Made by a program: the position numbers and the translations under genes. DNA of 64,000 nucleotides from the human T2T-CHM13v2.0 reference genome, Homo sapiens. Below, in pieces: positions 58,111 to 64,000 of the stretch. The stretch lies in the NCBI RefSeq assembly GCF_009914755.1, contig NC_060926.1; one strand, written 5' to 3'. Each line of letters begins with the position of its first letter. Position 1 is the stretch's first letter. The notes beneath the pieces were generated by a model. The model had not been told where the DNA came from. It did no database searches and saw only the letters and a program-made list of their open reading frames with translations.

Positions 58111-60055
58111 GCTAAAGGGTAAGACATTTTAGGAGAGAGCTCAACAGTGGTCCCCAGGTCTGGAACCAGCTCATAAGGAAACAGCCATCCTCCTGTCCCA
58201 GGATTTATGCTGTTTAGATGCATTCTAATAAGTAATAAAATGGAAATGTTGTGACTTGGGGTTGAACTTTGTGGACTTGGAGCCAGTGCTGTGATTTTCT
58301 TGTGTATTCTGGATCTTTGGATCTTCAGGGAAGTGAGATGTGGGAAAGATTTGGTATTGAAATAACTTAGCTTTTGAGGCTCTCAAGGAAATATGCCAGT
58401 TCCAGTGATGTCATAAGAAACACGGAGGTTACAGAGTGAAATGCATTTACAACTATTTGATGACTTTTTACGGGGGATAATGGGATAGGTTTTATAGAAT
58501 AGTAGCAAGTCTGCATCCTTTTTACTGAGCAGAATTGTACCACATAACTTGTGCTGCCATGTGCTGAGGGTTACCCTGTGTGACTCTCCCTGGAAGGTCT
58601 GTGAGATACTGTGAGGGTACTGGAACAGAGGGGACTCTTTTCCTCCTCCTGCATAGATGTTCATCAGGCAGTCATACTGGCAGGCATGGCCAGCTTGAAA
58701 GCTTTCTTCAGAACCATCAAGAGGCATTCACTGATCCCTTATGGATGTGAGGTGTGTTGGTAAGGACTGGAGACACTGCCCCATGAAGGAGTGGATAGAT
58801 CTCTCCTGAAACATTATTCAGCTCTGCACATAAGCACTGCAGGGAAAGCAACCGTCCTGCTTGATCCAGCCCCCAGGTATGAAGTCCACTGGCCTCTCAG
58901 AGAGAAAGAACCAGGAGGAAGGGATGGTTGGCTTGAGCCTCTCTCTCCCCTCTTCTCTCTGTCAGCACCCTACCCCCACTACACAGTTGGCACATGGAGA
59001 GGTAGGTGAAATGAACAAACCCATCTGCCAGATCATAGCCCCAAGGTCAGTAAGTTAAAGGTCAAGCAGAGAGTATGGAGTCTCTCTCCTTAAGAGGCTT
59101 TCCTTTGAGTAGATTGGCTGGATTCCCAGACTCTCTCTCTACTGGGCTGTTCTAAGCTCCCTCTGTCTTCTCCTCATGTAGCTGAGGTTAGAGGTTCATA
59201 TGAGAACTTTCCTGGCCTTTGAGTGTCCTGAGACAGACACCCAGGACCAACTTTGTGTTGGCCTCAGGGTGAAATTGCCTCTATGACTTCATCTTTAGGA
59301 TCAAAATTGGTTCATCATGTGCTCCAACCCTTCTGAGCTGCAGAGACTACACTGGAACTTAGTGCATGGGGCTGGAGCTTCAACAGTGATGTTCCCCTGA
59401 AATTGTTCTCTGGGCATGTACCTCTCTTGGAGACCTTAAGGGGAGGAAAGACAAAGTAAGGTTGAAGTTTGGGTCTTTCTGGGTCCACTGGCCCAATATT
59501 ATCTCATAATCTCATCTCTGTCCCCACAAATACCAATCTAGATCCCTTATCTCAGAGGACAATGCTCTGTCCAAGCCCAGAGTGGAAAAATGCTGAGCCC
59601 ATCTCACTGTCAACTCTCTAAGCAGGAGGAGGGGAGAGCTGTCCTGGGAAGACTGCTCTAAAGCTGTACCAGGCATCGCCTTTTGGAAGCTCTAAGATTT
59701 TGTCATAAAAAGCAATATGGAAGAGAGGATTTCATTAAGACAAAAAGACAAAGCCAAAATATATTCCAAGCTCACATTCAAAAAAAAAAAAAAAAAAAAA
59801 AAACCGTAAGACTCCTTTTGAGAAGCTTTATAGGAGCTTTTCATGTCATTGAGCTCTTCTAATCTAGATACTAAATTGCTTTCTGTTCACTCATCATTCT
59901 TAGCATTCCTCATGAGGACAAACATAAAATAAAACAAAACAAAGCAAAACCAACAGCTAAACATGGCTAGGAAGCCAGTCAAACAGTCACACCACACAAG
60001 GCAGCATTCATGCCCCCACACATCAGGGAAGATACACTGAGAATCATTGCTCAGT

Positions 60056-60654
60056 TGTTCCCTGGGAGATACAGATACCAGTGGGCTGGGGGAGATCCCT
60101 GAACACCGGTGAGACCTTGACCCCAGCCGGTGCCCAGGCTCTTGACATCCTCACGAGAAGGAATTCAAGTATGAGTCAGAAAATAGTGCAAGTATGGAGA
60201 TTTATCACAAAGGGAAAAGTACAAACTCTAAAAAGGGAGGTGTGGGTGTACTTCAGAGTTAAGTAGATGGAGTTTGGGGCTGCTACCTTTATGGATTTCT
60301 TTAATCAAGGGGTGGAATATTCATGAAAGTTCTTGGAAAAAGGTGAAGAGTTCTTGGAAAAAGGTGAAGATTTCTTGGAACTGTGGTGCCATCCATTTTT
60401 TACATCAAATATGGGTGTTCTCAGAACCATCATGGTGCTGGTGGGTGTGTGGTTAGTATGTTAATGAGCACATAATGAGGTCCTAGGAGAAACCTAGGTC
60501 AAATCCAGTGCCATGTTGGTTCCAGTCATTCTCATCCAGCTTGGTCCACACCCTGGTTTTTCAGGGTCTTATCAGCCCATGGGCTGTAGTCATGTGAAAC
60601 TCCTGCCTGAAATGTTTTATTCTCTTGTGACCAACCTATATTATTCCTGTCTCA
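60056..60654 (-). mobile_element. Solo ERV1-class LTR (subfamily unresolved)
   Basis: Reverse strand begins TGAGACAGGAATAATATAGG and ends ...GGGAACA. CAAGAGCCTG and GAATTCCTTC 3' motifs are typical of MER4-group LTRs. Contains a 21-bp tandem duplication at 60329-60370. Confidence 0.75.
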
Positions 60655-61549
60655 AAACAATGACCTCAGAATAACACCTGAGTTATAGGATAGAATATGA
60701 CCCACCCTGAGGTCTCAGGGTGATCTACTGTGAACACCAGAGTCCTCCTGAATGAGTTAGTGGATGTTGGGACAATTTTAAAGAAGAAAGCAGTACAATG
60801 CTTTCTTTGCACAGCCTCCCAGCACTGACCACTTATTGTTTCATCACAGGGCCAGGTTGTAGGCGAACCCTCACATTATTTATATTTCCTCTACAAAAAA
60901 GAGTGCCAGCAACCTGAGATTGCATTCATTAATCTAAGCAGGTAAAAGCCAGCAGGACTGCAGCTGGAAATGGTTTCAGGAAAATGAAGCAGAGATTGTC
61001 TTCCTTCAATATCTTATGGTAGGATGATCACCCAGCCTCTATCAGTCCTCAAAACAGGGACAAATGACACCTATTACTTTCCTGATAAAGTTTTGATGTG
61101 TGTACTCATGGGTAAAAAGCTAGGTAAATGACTAGGAAGACCATCTTCCAGTCCCCAAATAAAATAAGACTAAATAACAGAGAAGTTCAATCTCCTTCAG
61201 GGAGATTGGCAAAAAGGATGGAGTTGTCAAAACAAAGAGGGGCCACTGCTTTTTCTATTGCCATCATTTTAGTGCCTTTGCACCGTCTAAACTTGTATTT
61301 GCTCACCACCGAGGTTGAAGTTGGGATAAAAGTGGGGGGGAAGGGAAGGCAAACATTTGCTTGAGTAAGAGATCATTGTTTCCATAGCTGTTTGCTATGT
61401 TTTCTTCCTGAGCCAAACACCACACACCTGTCTCCTAAAGAAAAGACAGAGCCTGTTTAACCAGCAGCATAAGCAGGTGTTCTCTTGCTGTTCTAAATGG
61501 ACTGCTTATTCTTGCAAGCAGAAACATGCTGCTCTAAACAAATGCCATC

Positions 61550-61700
61550 CAGTTGCTTCTAAATCTGTATGTCTGAAACACCTAGGGGAGCTTGCTATAA
61601 ATATAAATTCCCAGACTGTACCTCCCAAGATTCTAATCCAGTTGGTCTGGGCAGGGGCCTAGGAATCTGAATGTTGAGTAGGCACTTCTGCTCCTCCCTG
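61550..61700. mobile_element. MER5A hAT MITE fragment
   Basis: GATTCTAATCCAGTTGGTCTGGGCAGGGGCCTAGGAATCTG. Confidence 0.7.
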
Positions 61701-63149
61701 GGAATGCTGGGAGCTAGGCATAGCAGTTATTCTGCATTCCCATACCTCACGTTAGCATTTTAGAGCGGAAAAAAGGAACTTGGGGATCATCTAACTCAGC
61801 CTCTTTGTTTTACACAGAAATAACTTTGAATCTGAAACAAAGAACCTGATTCGACCAGTCAGGGCTGAGAATGGTGGAAAATCTCTGGTCCAGGCTGCCT
61901 GCCTCTTGCTGAATTGAGAACTTTGGGATATGTTTCTGTAAAAGGCTAGAAGCAAATAACTTTGGGGGCAGGGGAGGCTTATTAGGAGTCATCTATAGAA
62001 AGAAGCCTTTGTTCGGAAAAGATGGCTTTGAAAAAGCAAATGTTAGTGTAAGATGCTATATTAGAGGAAGGGCCCGGGAAAATCCGGCCTGGGGCACAGG
62101 GGCACAAGAACCGGTCTTTGTTTGGCCATCTGCAGTCTGCATCTGAGTGCCCAGGGAAGAGGCAGGAACTCAAATGGCTAATAGCTTTTGAACTCCAAAT
62201 AAAAGGCAAACAAAGCCATTCTTAAACAAAAGGACTGTAGTCTTGAAACAATTCTTAAAGAGAAAGGCCCCGTTGATGTGTATTCCTCCCAAATGGAACT
62301 TAATTAGGCCACGCATGTTCATGCACTTTGCAGACACCAGAAAACCCAATCCTTTCTGTATTCCTAGATCCAGGAGGAGCATGGGTAGCTTACAGCTGCC
62401 TCAGTAGCACTATATGGATTGTCAGAGATATTGTGTAAATAATTATGGAGTTACCTCTGATAACATGTATGCCCATAACGGAACCACTTCCGGGTACCCT
62501 GCACACACCCTTCACCCCAATTCTTATTGAACCACAGGACCCACAGCAGAACAGATGTTGCTGAGAACCCTGGCCATGGGCCTGTCAGGCAGGGATGTGC
62601 ACATTGTGGGTGTGCTTAGTGTGGATAATGGGGATTCCTGGCAAATTTTAGACCTGGGTAACAGCGAATATAATTATTTCTAAAATTCTGGGTGTTTTGA
62701 TTTTCATTCCCTTAAAACTTGCATCATGAAATGGGGGCCGTCTGAAGAATTCTCAACAAAAGGAAAATAGGAAGAAGCAGGGCCTCCCTGGGCACTTGCC
62801 CCACAGTTTGAGTGATGTGTAGACCCACTGTGATGCATTGAGCTCATCACTTTATTCATTTAGAAATGCCTGCAGTGCACGTATCCATGGGTTTCTAACC
62901 ACACAGCCCATTAAGCAGAGCTGACAAAATTGAGGCCCTGTGATATTCTTGCAGGTACTGATAGAGCTGGCACAAGGACCCAGGAGACCTCCCACACAGC
63001 ATCCTTTCTACACCAAGACACAGCCTTGATGACTCATCCTCTGTTGACTTGAATTTCCAAATTATTAGCTCTTTCCTGAGTAATCAGTGACATCTCATCT
63101 TTCCTGGGTTTGCATGGAGTCTTCTGGAAGATTTGGGGTCAGTCTCTAC

Positions 63150-64000
63150 AGCAGCTGCATCTTAATGTGATCCCCCCATGAGTCAAGCCTTGTGTGACCC
63201 TTCCCCTTGAGTGGAACCTGCGACTTGATTCTAGCCAATGGAGTATGTCAGAGGTGATGGGATGCCCCTCACTAAAGGTAATGTTACATGCAAGGAGGTA
63301 TTCCAACCATGGGGCCATGGACCAGTACCCGTTAGGAACCAGGTTGCACAGCAGCAGGTGAGTGGTGGGTGAGCCAGCGAAGCTTCATCTGTATTTACAG
63401 CTGCTCCTCATTGCTCACTTACCACCTGAGCTCCGCCACCTGTCAGATTAGCAGCAGCATTAGATTCTCACAGGAGCACAAAACCCACTGGGAACTGCGC
63501 ATGTGAGGGATCTAGGTTGTGTGCTCCTTATGAGAATCTAATGCCTGATGATCTGTCACTGTCTCCCATCACCCCCAGATGGGACTATCTAGTTGTAGGA
63601 AAACAAGCTTAAGGCTCCCACTGATTCTGCATTATGGTGAGTTGCAGAATTATTTCATTATATATTACAATGTAATAATAATAGAACATGCACAATTAAT
63701 GTAATGTGCTTGAATAATCCTGAGACTGCCCCCCACCCCACCCCTGGTCCATGGAAATATTGTCTTCCATGAAATCAGTCCCTGGTTGCTGCTGTAGGAG
63801 ATGCTCTCACAGCTGACTGGAGTGAGATTACTTGAAGACATAAGCTGCCATCCTGCAAGAACACCACATGGCAAGGAACTGCAGACAGCCTTTAGGTGCT
63901 GAGAACAGCTGCAGCTACAGCCAGCTAGAAAAGAGGATTCAGTGTAGAGCCACAAGGGACTGAATTCTGCCAACAACCACACGAGCTTGGAAGAGGCATG
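63150..64000 (+). mobile_element. MLT1-type MaLR LTR, interrupted by MER1A and running off the window
   Basis: GACTTGATTCTAGCCAATGG and CCACATGGCAAGGAACTG...GAATTCTGCCAACAACCAC...GAGCTTGGAAG. Confidence 0.75.
63291..63790 (+). mobile_element. MER1A hAT-Charlie element
   Basis: GAAGCTTCATCTGTATTTACAGC, CCTTATGAGAATCTAATGCCTGATGATCTG and TCTTCCATGAAATCAGTCCCTGG. Confidence 0.88.

Overview
Primate, almost certainly human, non-coding genomic DNA; a Yb-lineage Alu diagnostic points to human. I recognise no protein-coding gene, spliced coding exon, RNA gene or CpG island. Nearly all listed ORFs are translations of Alu, L1, ERV, MaLR or tandem-repeat sequence. The window is a layered transposable-element landscape: fragmented old L1s, an LTR-less ERVL-class gag/pol remnant, a full-length THE1 provirus, several solo LTRs (LTR8, LTR10, THE1D, LTR1, MER4-type, MER50, MSTA, MER11), about 25 Alus, MIR/L2 relics and hAT MITEs. 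The most distinctive features are: (i) a ~1.7-kb two-unit (16/17-bp) minisatellite that grew out of the C-rich tract of an antisense L1MC 3' UTR and is nearly stop-free, G4-prone and rich in CCTCCCT; (ii) a young AluYb8-type fragment nested in the linker of an AluY; (iii) a DUX4 motif intact only in the 5' LTR of the THE1 provirus; (iv) local tandem duplications (158 bp x2, and ~94 bp x3 inside MER50). I found no convincing new biological system, so the findings are testable leads. Repeat subfamily names come from recalled consensus sequences and need RepeatMasker/Dfam confirmation. Boundaries of the old elements are approximate.
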